Shown here: in pieces, positions 10,432-19,421 of the stretch | Numbering within the stretch: the stretch's first letter is position 1 | How the letters are laid out: each line of letters opens with the position of its first letter | From: Fidelibacterota bacterium | GTDB lineage: Bacteria; Fidelibacterota; UBA2242 | Direction of reading: 5' to 3' | Assembly: GCA_049975265.1 (NCBI GenBank) | Contig: JBNGDF010000034.1 | Location: 1-22,089, forward strand | Length of the DNA: 22,089 nt | Notes under the pieces: generated by a model | The model's input: the letters and a program-made list of their open reading frames with translations, nothing else | Told to the model about the DNA's origin: nothing | Database searches by the model: none | Program-made: the position numbers and the translations under genes

Positions 10432-11263
10432 TAAAGAAATCCAGCAATTTGGTTACGGTGGTTTTGATTTCCGACCGATCGGAAATGATATCCACAAACC
10501 CCTTTTCCAATAAGAATTCGGCACGCTGAAAACCCTCGGGCAGGTCTCTGCCGATCGTCTGTTTGATGACCCGTTGTCCGGCAAAACCGATCAGGGCACC
10601 GGGCTCGGCGATAATCACGTCACCCAGCATAGCAAAGCTGGCTGTTGTACCGCCGGTGGTCGGATCAGTCAGAATGGAGAGGTAAAAACCGCCGGCTTCG
10701 TGAAATTGGGTCAGTTTTGCGCTGGTCTTCGCCATCTGCATCAGGGAGAGCACCCCCTCCTGCATGCGCGCACCGCCGGAACTGGAGACTATGATCAGGG
10801 GCAACATTTTCTCCCGTGCCCGGTCGATCGCCCGGGCGATCTTTTCACCCACCACCGAACCCATACTGCCGCCGATAAAATTAAAATCCATGACACAGAG
10901 AACAACGCGGTGCCGGGCAATGGTTCCCTCCACCGTAACGACGGCATCGGACAAACCGGTTTTTGCCCGGGCTTCTTTCAGACGATCGGGATAGCGCTTG
11001 GAATCTTTGAACTTCAGAGGATCGTTGGATTTCAGATTCTGATTAAACTCTTCATGCTCGCCATCCAGTAAAATTTTGAAATAGTCAGTGCTACCGATGC
11101 GGAAGTGATAATTACACTGGTTGCAGATCCAGTAGTGGCGCTCCAGCTCGCGTTTATAAAGATATTCCGAGCACTTGGGGCATTTGATCCAGAGTCCATC
11201 GGGAATCACCTTTTTGGCGGTGCTTAATAAACCCTTTTTTGTACGGCGAAACCAGTCAACCAT
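10418..11263 (-). CDS. accD: Acetyl-CoA carboxylase carboxyltransferase beta subunit
   Basis: C4 zinc finger CPKC...CNQC, GGSMGSVVGEKI, SGGARMQEG, PTTGG, IGFAG, FQRAEFLLEKG; ATG 11263 preferred over GTG 11269 because SD GAGGTG lies just upstream. Confidence 0.97.
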   Translation of the reverse strand: MVDWFRRTKKGLLSTAKKVIPDGLWIKCPKCSEYLYKRELERHYWICNQCNYHFRIGSTDYFKILLDGEHEEFNQNLKSNDPLKFKDSKRYPDRLKEARAKTGLSDAVVTVEGTIARHRVVLCVMDFNFIGGSMGSVVGEKIARAIDRAREKMLPLIIVSSSGGARMQEGVLSLMQMAKTSAKLTQFHEAGGFYLSILTDPTTGGTTASFAMLGDVIIAEPGALIGFAGQRVIKQTIGRDLPEGFQRAEFLLEKGFVDIISDRSEIKTTVTKLLDFFNAKN

Positions 11264-11272
11264 TCTCACACC

Positions 11273-11725
11273 TCACGTCAATATCTTGGTTAATAGCAGG
11301 GCATCGTAGCGATTTTCATAGTATTTCGTCCGCCTGCCGACCTGGGTAAAACCGGCTTTGGCATAGAGTTGCAAAGCCGTGTAATTAACCTCATTCACCT
11401 CCAGTGAGATCGTTTCCACTCTCTTTCTCCGACAAAAATGAATCACCCAGTTCAATAGCTGCTCTCCATAACCTTTTCGGCGATATTCGGGATGAACCGC
11501 AACATTGGCAATATGCGCCTCTTCTCTGAAAATCCAGAATATCACATAACCTGCTAATTTATCCTGAATTTCCAAAATATAAAAATAACTGACCGGATTA
11601 TACAGTTCATGTGTAAAAAAACCAGGAGTCCAGGGTGTATTGAATGACAGGTTTTCAATGGCTATGACCGTCGCTAAATCGCTTTCGTTTGCTCGCCTTA
11701 TCCGGACTTTGGGTTTTCTTTCCAC
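11273..11725 (-). CDS. rimI: Ribosomal protein S18 alanine N-acetyltransferase (GNAT)
   Basis: IENLSFNTPW, HIANVAVHPEYRRKGYG, LEVNEVN..A..LY...GF...GRRTKYY; follows tsaB. Confidence 0.9.
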   Translation of the reverse strand: MERKPKVRIRRANESDLATVIAIENLSFNTPWTPGFFTHELYNPVSYFYILEIQDKLAGYVIFWIFREEAHIANVAVHPEYRRKGYGEQLLNWVIHFCRRKRVETISLEVNEVNYTALQLYAKAGFTQVGRRTKYYENRYDALLLTKILT

Positions 11726-12360
11726 TTCTTTACCTCAAATTCACTCAGATAGAGCGGCTCAAGCTCCTCCCGGTTCCGGACAGTCAGCCGGGAATAATGA
11801 TGAAAGCCCAGGAGTGCGGCGATGTCCCCTTCCGGATAGACAGTTTTGTCAATCCTTAGGACATTATCCCGAATATCCGACGGGCTGATAATGGGATAAC
11901 GATTTCCGTACCGGCGGTATATATCGGCAAACGTATCGTAGCCAATGACCATGGAATCGATATCCATATTTTGGTCTTTTTGGAAGAGCGTATGATACGC
12001 CAGGTCCCGGTGGGATTTGATTACCACCACCAGATCGGAGTCTATTGTCTGACGGGCTGCACGCTCCAGAATCGTCATGGTCGGTACCGGCAGGAGTGGT
12101 AATTTCCGCGGGTACGCCAACCCTTTTGCCGTAGCCAGACCGATCCGCAGACCGGTATAGGAGCCCGGTCCGATGCTGATAGCAATTGCGTCAATCGCTT
12201 CCATGGGTACTGTCTTTTTCAGCATTTCGTCAACCAGGACGAGCAAGTGCTCCGACGCCATTGAGCGCCCGATTTGGGCGTTGCGGGCAACGATTTCGCC
12301 GTCGGTGACAAGCCCTACGCTGCAATTATCCGTGGAGGTATCAATGCCGAGAATGTTCAT
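11698..12360 (-). CDS. tsaB: tRNA threonylcarbamoyladenosine biosynthesis protein TsaB
   Basis: MNILGIDTST, SEHL, IGPGSYTGLRIGLATAKGLA, EPLYL. Confidence 0.94.
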   Translation of the reverse strand: MNILGIDTSTDNCSVGLVTDGEIVARNAQIGRSMASEHLLVLVDEMLKKTVPMEAIDAIAISIGPGSYTGLRIGLATAKGLAYPRKLPLLPVPTMTILERAARQTIDSDLVVVIKSHRDLAYHTLFQKDQNMDIDSMVIGYDTFADIYRRYGNRYPIISPSDIRDNVLRIDKTVYPEGDIAALLGFHHYSRLTVRNREELEPLYLSEFEVKKWKENPKSG

Positions 12361-12821
12361 TCTTTTTTACTAATCTCCGATATGTGTCTCTCAAACTGTG
12401 CATTACCGGTGAGCCGGATTAAACGGCTGTCGGCAGGATTCATGACATGCTCCATGCGGACCCGGATCGCTGTATCGGGGATCAGTGGAGCAATATGATC
12501 CGCCCATTCCACCAGGGTCACACCGCGATTGTAAAAGTAGTCATGGATACCCAGCTCCAGCCACTCCTCAAGACGGGTTTCCCGATAGCAATCCAGATGA
12601 TAGACCGGAATCCTTCCGGGGTACTCATTGACAAGAGTATAAGTGGGACTTTCGACCGCCTGCTGAACGCCCAGCTGCCGGCAGATGCCTCTGATCAATG
12701 TCGTCTTGCCCGTCGCCAGGTCACCAAACAGAGCGACCACCGCACCCGGCTGTAACCCGGTGGCAATCCATTCTCCCAGACGCTCTGTCTCCGCCGCTGA
12801 AAAAGTTTGTATTTCGATCAT
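12357..12821 (-). CDS. tsaE: tRNA threonylcarbamoyladenosine biosynthesis ATPase TsaE
   Basis: GDLATGKTT P-loop, SPTYTLVNEY, HLDCYR, LVEWAD. Confidence 0.95.
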   Translation of the reverse strand: MIEIQTFSAAETERLGEWIATGLQPGAVVALFGDLATGKTTLIRGICRQLGVQQAVESPTYTLVNEYPGRIPVYHLDCYRETRLEEWLELGIHDYFYNRGVTLVEWADHIAPLIPDTAIRVRMEHVMNPADSRLIRLTGNAQFERHISEISKKE

Positions 12822-12825
12822 GAAT

Positions 12826-14391
12826 TTATTTGGGAGTTAGGGTCACAACCGGTAAAATCATCTCTTCCATGGAAATTCCCCCGTGCTGAAAGGTATCGTG
12901 ATAACGGGATTGGAATTTATGATAATTCGTCGGATATACGAAGTAAAAGTTTTCCTTGGCAATCAGGTAATTGGTATTGATCCCCAGCACCGGCAGTTTA
13001 TAGGTTTCCGGTTCCTTGATAATCAATGCATATTTCTGATGGCTGTTCAAATTTTTCCCGCATTTAAAACGGATATTGGTGGAGGTCTCCTTGTCGCCCA
13101 CCACTTTCACGTCATTCAGAACCCGGATACTACCGTGATCACTGGTGATAACAACCGTAAATCCATAGTCGGCGAATTTTTTCAATACCGAATAAATCCA
13201 GGAGTGTTTAAACCAGGTGCGCACAATCGACCGGTAGCTGGCTTCGTTGGGCAAAATCTCCTTCAATATCTCGGAATCCGAACGCCGATGAGCCAGCACA
13301 TCGACAAAATTGACCACCAGCGAAATAAAGGGATTTTCGAGATAGGTCGAAATCTTGCGATCCACCGACCAGCCTGATTCTGAATCGAGTACCTTAATGT
13401 ATTTCGTCGCCGGTGAATAATCGGACAGCTCCGCATTAACCAGTTTCTGGATCATCTCATTTTCGTGATTGTTCATAGAGCCTTCGGTAGCCTCTTCGCG
13501 GTCCCAAATATCCGGATAGGTCTGATAAAATTCCGCCGGAAACATGCCGCTGAAAATCGCATTCCGGGCGTAGGGGGTTGCCGACGGCAATATTGAAAAA
13601 CAGTAATCCGTGCTGATGTTGTAGAAGTCGTAGAGCAGGGATTCAAAGGTCAACCACTGATCCAGGCGCATACAATCGATCACAATGAACAGAACTTTTT
13701 CTCTGCTCCGGATTTTCGGAAGGATAAATTTCCGGACCACATCAGGAGAGAGTGTCGGTCTGAAATGGGGGTCATCGTTGACCCACTGGGCATAGTGTTT
13801 TTCGATGAATTTCCCAAATTCAATGTTGCAATCACGCACCTGATCTTCCAGGGTCTCTTTCAATCCCAGATCGGGATGATCGTCGAACTCAATATCCCAG
13901 CGCGCCAGTTTTTTATAAATATCAATCCATTCGTCGGCATTCAGCTCCTCATAAAGACGCCGTGAAATGGCATGGAATTCCGCCAGGTAGTCGCGCGATA
14001 CATGTTCCGAGGATATCCGGCTCCGTTCCAGAACCTTTTTACACGCCATCAGCACCTGACTCGGATTGACCGGTTTTGTCAGGTAATCGGTAATTTTGCG
14101 TCCAATGGCTTTTTCCATCAGGCTCTCTTCTTCATTTTTTGTGATCATGATGACCGGCAGTCCCGGTTTGATATCTTTAATTTCGGCAAGCGTTGTCAGA
14201 CCATCTTTGCCGGTCATCATCTCATCCAGCAACACGAGATCAAAATTCTGTTCGTTTACCAGATTTACCGCATCATTGCCGTTTGAGACCGGCTCCACTT
14301 CGAAACCGCGACTTTTTAAAAACAGAATATGGGCTTTGAGCAATTCGATCTCATCATCCACCCACATGATTTTTCCTTTTTTAACTCCCAT
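12826..14391 (-). CDS. porX: PorX-like response regulator (receiver plus PglZ/alkaline-phosphatase-superfamily domain)
   Basis: Receiver: WVDDEIELLK, LLDEMM, MITK, LTKPVNPSQ. PglZ: IVIDCMRLDQW, ILPSATPYARNAIFSG, NFVDVLAH, TSDHG, FQHGGISMEEM. Adjacent to tsaE, as for Bacteroidetes porX. Confidence 0.9.
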   Translation of the reverse strand: MGVKKGKIMWVDDEIELLKAHILFLKSRGFEVEPVSNGNDAVNLVNEQNFDLVLLDEMMTGKDGLTTLAEIKDIKPGLPVIMITKNEEESLMEKAIGRKITDYLTKPVNPSQVLMACKKVLERSRISSEHVSRDYLAEFHAISRRLYEELNADEWIDIYKKLARWDIEFDDHPDLGLKETLEDQVRDCNIEFGKFIEKHYAQWVNDDPHFRPTLSPDVVRKFILPKIRSREKVLFIVIDCMRLDQWLTFESLLYDFYNISTDYCFSILPSATPYARNAIFSGMFPAEFYQTYPDIWDREEATEGSMNNHENEMIQKLVNAELSDYSPATKYIKVLDSESGWSVDRKISTYLENPFISLVVNFVDVLAHRRSDSEILKEILPNEASYRSIVRTWFKHSWIYSVLKKFADYGFTVVITSDHGSIRVLNDVKVVGDKETSTNIRFKCGKNLNSHQKYALIIKEPETYKLPVLGINTNYLIAKENFYFVYPTNYHKFQSRYHDTFQHGGISMEEMILPVVTLTPK

Positions 14392-14423
14392 GGTCCGCTT
14401 CCAATAAAATAGTTGAAAAATTC

Positions 14424-14452
14424 ATTATAATATACGTGTATCGCCGTGTCAA
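14424..14452 (-). promoter_or_regulatory. Consensus sigma70 promoter for the porX...dnaG run
   Basis: Minus strand TTGACA (14452-14447), 17-bp spacer, TATAAT (14429-14424), about 32 nt before the porX ATG. Confidence 0.88.
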
Positions 14453-14466
14453 CCAATACAATTTTT

Positions 14467-14504
14467 AAACAAAAAGGCAGACAACTCTTATTCGATTGCC
14501 TGCC
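14467..14504 (-). terminator. Intrinsic terminator after the adenylate cyclase gene
   Basis: Minus strand GGCAGGCAA-11 nt-TTGTCTGCC (one G-U pair) followed by TTTTTGTTT, 24 nt after the stop codon. Confidence 0.72.
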
Positions 14505-14528
14505 CGGATTGTTCCGTAAGTAGTCGGA

Positions 14529-16790
14529 CTATTTGGTCGTCATGACAAATTCCCCCTGCCAGTTATCCCCAGGCGGGTTCTCTTTGAAAATCTCACAGCG
14601 TCCGATAAATACTTTGGAGGGTGGATCATCGCCGGTTACGGCAATCGCCTGGCGGAACTGTTCGATGGCGGCATCCCACTGGCGCTCCCAATAGAGCTCG
14701 ATTCCCCTGGTAAAATGCGCCCGGATCAGCGCCTGCTCGTCGCTCAATTCACCCTTTTTCGCCATTAATTCATAAACGGTAATCGGGATTAATTTTCCCT
14801 TGACCACCAGTTTATCCAGAATTCTGGCTTCGATTTTATCCGCCGCCTGGCGCAGAGTTTCTTCGCCAATCATAATATAGGTACCGTACTGTTTATTCGC
14901 CCCCTCGAAGCGGCTTGCCTGGTTGACGGCGTCCCCCATCACGGTATACTGAAACCGCTGCGCACTGCCCATATTACCGGCACTGACAACACCGGAATTC
15001 ACACCCATGCGAACATAGATATCAACGCCGTGGTCCTTTTTTATCTCTTTGCGCAGATCAACCAGGCACGCCTGCTGATCCAGGGCTGCCCAGCAGGCTT
15101 TCCAGGCATGATCGGGGTCCTCCATAGGAACACCAAAATCGCACATAATTGCGTCGCCTTCATATTTATCCACATACCCATCGTATTTCATACAAATATC
15201 GGTCATGGGTGATAAATATTTATTGAGCACAACGGACAATTCTTCGGCGGACAGACTTTCGGAAATCGTCGTAAAACCGGCTACATCGGAAAAAAACATC
15301 GTGGCATCCCGCTTTTCGCCAGAAAGACTGAAAGCGTCCGGGTGATCTTCGAGATATTTCAGGACTTTTGGACTCATATAGGTCTGAAACATGCCTCGGA
15401 TTTTCTTCTTCTCTTTCTGCTCTGATAAAAACTGATACACCACGTTGCTGATATAACTCAACAGAACCACAGAGAGCGCCGGGATTATCTGGATCCAGGT
15501 ATTTTTATCAATGAACAGCCAGATGGAGCCAAAGACGAAGCCGGCGATCAGCAGCAACGAAAAAACCCCGCCCAGTACCGGGCGGACAATACTGACCACC
15601 AGCGCCGTAATGACTCCCATGATAAAAACGATTAATATGTTCTGGTAAAAGGGAATCGCCGAGATGAAATTTTCATCCAGCATCGTCTGCGTGGCGTGGG
15701 CGTGGGTTTCGACACCGGGCATCAGCATTCGAACACCGGCATAGTTATAAAACGGAGTGTACTTATTATCGTGCAACTCTTCAATGGAAACGCCGATGAA
15801 GGCGATTTTATCCAGAAACGGATTGGTCTGATCCAGGATCATCTCCACCGCCGCCGTGTCTTCCATCGCCAGAGCCAGAAATGCTTCAGTTTGGAGTACC
15901 GAGTCGGCGAGCATGGCAATACGCATTTCATAAGGATAGATGGAATTTCTTTTAAACAGCTCCATATAATCGGTATCTTCTTCGTCTTTTAAATCAAAAT
16001 CGGCGTCATCGAGTACAGCCGATAAGGAGTAGGTGGGAAAGGTACGTGCCGGTCCGTAGTAATTGATCAAGATGGTCTGTTCGTACCCCTGGCTGCCGCG
16101 GTGTGCTTTGATGCGAACCGATTGGTCGCCATTGTCATCGGGAAAAATAAAATAGCCCTCATCGGTAAATTCAAATTCGGGGGAGCCTTTAATCCCGTTT
16201 TCGGCAAAAAGCACCTTGGTACCCAGGGAATAAATATAGCGATTCTGATAGGCTTCAAAAATCGAATATCGCCGCATGAAACCATCGGGGTCCTGAATCT
16301 CGCCAACCACCCCCCATTCGCTGCCGGTTTCCATTAAAATCGGTAACGGTTCATTGGGATAGGCGTAGACCTCTCCACCTGCCTGTACCCGGTCAATTTT
16401 ACCCGCCAGAATGGTATTCCCGTTACGCAGAATTGCATCCGCCAAGATAGAGTCCCCCTGCGGATTTTTCAAATCCGGCTCGGTGAACTGAATATCAAAC
16501 ATGATTCGACGAATACCGACCTCATTCAGATTATCGATAAGTGTGGCGTAGTATTCACGGGGATAGGGATAGCGATCGCGACATGCCGTAAAGGTCTGCT
16601 GATCGATGGCGATGATTATGATATCCGAATGGGAGACGTCCTGCGGTCCCCGCCAGCGAAAACGGAAATCCAGGGACTTCAATTCCATACTACGAAAAAA
16701 GCCGAAAACGAGCAAAACGGATACCGTCAGGGCAAACAACAGGGCAATCAAGACTCCCCAGGCTAATTTTTTAACGGCATCCTTTTTCAT
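14529..16790 (-). CDS. CHASE2-domain membrane adenylate cyclase (class III) with C-terminal TPR-like tail
   Basis: N-terminal TM; CHASE2 motifs (ELKSLDFRFRWRG, IIIIAIDQ, YPYPR, FDIQF, DPDGFMRR, INYYG, TPF, MPGVETHAH); three TMs; cyclase FFSDVAGFT, DKYEGDAIM, YTVMGDAVNQASRFEG. Lys and Thr specificity residues point to ATP as substrate. Confidence 0.92.
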   Translation of the reverse strand: MKKDAVKKLAWGVLIALLFALTVSVLLVFGFFRSMELKSLDFRFRWRGPQDVSHSDIIIIAIDQQTFTACRDRYPYPREYYATLIDNLNEVGIRRIMFDIQFTEPDLKNPQGDSILADAILRNGNTILAGKIDRVQAGGEVYAYPNEPLPILMETGSEWGVVGEIQDPDGFMRRYSIFEAYQNRYIYSLGTKVLFAENGIKGSPEFEFTDEGYFIFPDDNGDQSVRIKAHRGSQGYEQTILINYYGPARTFPTYSLSAVLDDADFDLKDEEDTDYMELFKRNSIYPYEMRIAMLADSVLQTEAFLALAMEDTAAVEMILDQTNPFLDKIAFIGVSIEELHDNKYTPFYNYAGVRMLMPGVETHAHATQTMLDENFISAIPFYQNILIVFIMGVITALVVSIVRPVLGGVFSLLLIAGFVFGSIWLFIDKNTWIQIIPALSVVLLSYISNVVYQFLSEQKEKKKIRGMFQTYMSPKVLKYLEDHPDAFSLSGEKRDATMFFSDVAGFTTISESLSAEELSVVLNKYLSPMTDICMKYDGYVDKYEGDAIMCDFGVPMEDPDHAWKACWAALDQQACLVDLRKEIKKDHGVDIYVRMGVNSGVVSAGNMGSAQRFQYTVMGDAVNQASRFEGANKQYGTYIMIGEETLRQAADKIEARILDKLVVKGKLIPITVYELMAKKGELSDEQALIRAHFTRGIELYWERQWDAAIEQFRQAIAVTGDDPPSKVFIGRCEIFKENPPGDNWQGEFVMTTK

Positions 16791-16806
16791 TTAGGCGACA
16801 GGCGGT

Positions 16807-19386
16807 TTAAAATAGAAAGGTATAATTCATCATAAAGCTGGTATCGTTAAATATTTCCGCCGACAGGCGATCGTCAATCCGGACGTATCGCAATCTCCAG
16901 CGAAACTGATGCCGTTCACCCAGACGATACAGACCGCCCGTATACGCATCATATTTGGTAAAATCCACCAGACCCGTCGCATTTGTGAGAGTATAGCCGG
17001 CTTCGGGAACCAGTTTTCCATCGAAAAATTCATATTCTCCGCGGAGAAACAGACTGAGCAACTGATAGGGCTCCGACTGCGAAGCGCTTTCAGACCTGTT
17101 GGATGAGATTCTGATATTGGTTTTCAGTGGAAAGTCAAAGGCTGTATTAACTCCGAAAGAAAAGGAGGAAACGCTGGTTTTATTGAACTGGTACCCCAAT
17201 AACCGGTCCTTTATCCGGTCGTTCCGCTCGGAATTTGCATAGGAAATATTGAGGGAATTTTTGATCTCACCCAGGGTAACCACATGGGAAATCCGAAAAT
17301 CCTGTTTGGTGGTGACGTTGGACTCCCGGGGATCCTTGATTTTCACCGTGTCAATGTCTCCCAGCGGCGTAAAGGTCGTATCATAACTCACATCCAGAAT
17401 GCCCAGATCGTTTTCCCGCCCGTAGCTCTGTGTGGTAATATTGACATTGGGTAATCCGTCGCCGGGGTAGAGCGCCGCACTGGCGGTGAAATTTGTCGTT
17501 GTGGTGGTAGAGTTTTTATTTTTTAACAGGTTGTCGCGCTTCTGATCATAGGAAATCGTCACGAATAACCGATTATTAAACAGCTTGATTTTATCGGAAA
17601 CATAAAAACCCTGCACATCGGTGCGCATATATGGATTCCCCAGAGAGGTGAATTCCGGTCCGACCCGCTGATATCGCAGGACCAGGAAATTATTAAAATA
17701 ATTTAGTTTCAGGTCGGTTTTAAACGCCGTGGACGGCATATTCAGAAATTCCTGCATGCCGATCTGACCGTTTGAGTCGGGCACTATCGGCATCAGAGGA
17801 CTGATGTTCTGGTTAATGATAAAAATATTTGCAAAGTCACCAGGATCGGGGAAACCCTCCAGAGGGATGTGCATATCGCCCAGCGAAATGCTATCATTCT
17901 GAAGAGTATCACCCGGCAGAAAGGTGTCCAATTTTTCCAGAGTCAGGGCACCACCGGTTATGTCGCGGTTAAGATAGGAAAAAGCGGCGTCGGTCTTCCA
18001 GACGAAGCGTTTGCGGTCAAACGCCACCAGCAGATCGGCACCGACCACAATATTATCCTGCGGTTTATTGGTACCGGTCATGGAAATAAACTGTGTGCCC
18101 CCCTCATTAATCCCGTTCATCTCTTTCTTTACCGAGAGGGTATCATCACGGGCTTTCAAGACGGAAAAACCCAACTTAAAATTTTTACCGGAGCCGAAAT
18201 AGGGTCGCACAGCCAGTAAATTACGATCATAGGTATAACCACTTCGGGAGTACTGCAGCGAATCCTGACCGATGGTATCCGGAGCACTGATTGTTCCCTC
18301 GATCGCTCTCTCCGTCTGCCCGTAAATGACATGGGTATTAAAGTATTTCAATTTGAGATTGGCTTCAACACCGCGGACCCGTTTACCGTTGAGAAGCAAC
18401 TCAGAGAACTGCGGTGTTACATCTCCAAGATTCAGGTCAAAAATCGATGTGTTCAAACCCACTGTCAGGCGGTTTCTGGGTTGCTTGTTTGGGTCTTCCT
18501 GAGAGGTAACAAAGGTTTTGGCATTGAAATTCAGCCAGTCGTAAGAACCGGAAGCATTGGCTCGAATATAGTTGATATTCTGCCGAACTCCGCGGACCTG
18601 TTCGGAATTTGCCTCGGCAATCACCCGACCGTTAGCTCGAAAAACCCGCTTGGCTTCTTCCACAGTTTTAACAACGGTAAAATTTATGACGACCGTTTCG
18701 TAGGGATCTCCAAACTGGTTCTTCATATTCAATGTAACCGTATGAAGACCCGGTTGCAGATTCCGTGGACGGCACACGATCAGGTCTTCACTGACTTCGG
18801 TCTGCTGCATCACCGAAGCACCGTCAAGAGTCAGAGCGATTGTGCTTCTGTCGAGGTCCATTACATTAAACAGGGAAAAGGCGATAATCACCTCCTCGGC
18901 GGCGATCACCTGCCCCTCCTCAGGGCTGAGAACGATAATATCACTCTGAACACCGCCCTGAATTTCGGATGGTTTGTCTGCGGTCACCGGTTTGCCCCTA
19001 CTGTCGTTTGCCTTTTTCACTGCCAGGAACATGGGCACGTTATAGGGGTCAACCTCAGGAAATGCTGCCATTGTACCGTCGGGCATTTCGGCGATGATCA
19101 GGTATTCCAGCCCTTCAGGGGTGACAAAATTCGCCGGTATAGTCCCTGAGTATACGCCCATATATTTATACATATTCTCTTCAACATAGGTGTCCTGACC
19201 GGCAACACGGTAAAACAGACGAACCCGCTCCGCCTCAGTTACATCGCCTTCGATCAGCGCCTCGATTGCGATCGGACTACCCGCCCGAATGTCACGCGGC
19301 GGTGAGTGTAGAACCTTTGCCTGCCCGAAAACAGAACCAACCAATCCGATTATACAACATACAACTTTAACCCCAAACCTACCCAT
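16807..19386 (-). CDS. Putative outer-membrane beta-barrel protein with two N-terminal Ig-like domains
   Basis: Signal peptide; two beta-sandwich-like regions (LFYRVAG...YSGTIPA...GLEYLI; LSPEEG...LQPGLHTVTL); about 600 aa of amphipathic beta strands; C-terminal MMNYTFLF ending in Phe. Confidence 0.7.
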   Translation of the reverse strand: MGRFGVKVVCCIIGLVGSVFGQAKVLHSPPRDIRAGSPIAIEALIEGDVTEAERVRLFYRVAGQDTYVEENMYKYMGVYSGTIPANFVTPEGLEYLIIAEMPDGTMAAFPEVDPYNVPMFLAVKKANDSRGKPVTADKPSEIQGGVQSDIIVLSPEEGQVIAAEEVIIAFSLFNVMDLDRSTIALTLDGASVMQQTEVSEDLIVCRPRNLQPGLHTVTLNMKNQFGDPYETVVINFTVVKTVEEAKRVFRANGRVIAEANSEQVRGVRQNINYIRANASGSYDWLNFNAKTFVTSQEDPNKQPRNRLTVGLNTSIFDLNLGDVTPQFSELLLNGKRVRGVEANLKLKYFNTHVIYGQTERAIEGTISAPDTIGQDSLQYSRSGYTYDRNLLAVRPYFGSGKNFKLGFSVLKARDDTLSVKKEMNGINEGGTQFISMTGTNKPQDNIVVGADLLVAFDRKRFVWKTDAAFSYLNRDITGGALTLEKLDTFLPGDTLQNDSISLGDMHIPLEGFPDPGDFANIFIINQNISPLMPIVPDSNGQIGMQEFLNMPSTAFKTDLKLNYFNNFLVLRYQRVGPEFTSLGNPYMRTDVQGFYVSDKIKLFNNRLFVTISYDQKRDNLLKNKNSTTTTTNFTASAALYPGDGLPNVNITTQSYGRENDLGILDVSYDTTFTPLGDIDTVKIKDPRESNVTTKQDFRISHVVTLGEIKNSLNISYANSERNDRIKDRLLGYQFNKTSVSSFSFGVNTAFDFPLKTNIRISSNRSESASQSEPYQLLSLFLRGEYEFFDGKLVPEAGYTLTNATGLVDFTKYDAYTGGLYRLGERHQFRWRLRYVRIDDRLSAEIFNDTSFMMNYTFLF

Positions 19387-19421
19387 GTACGCCTCAAAAA
19401 TGTGTTAGCCGTAAAATTCTA

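Noticed and set aside
11521..11640. Locally AT-rich stretch in rimI
   Set aside because: Explained by Phe/Tyr/Ile-rich coding; the gene sits in its normal tsaB context, so there is no evidence of foreign origin
12826..14391. PglZ domain as a sign of a BREX/Pgl defence system
   Set aside because: It is fused to a receiver domain (PorX architecture), and no brxC, pglX or brxL genes are nearby
18331..19149. 272-aa plus-strand ORF
   Set aside because: Entirely antisense to the barrel gene with no recognisable motifs; a shadow ORF
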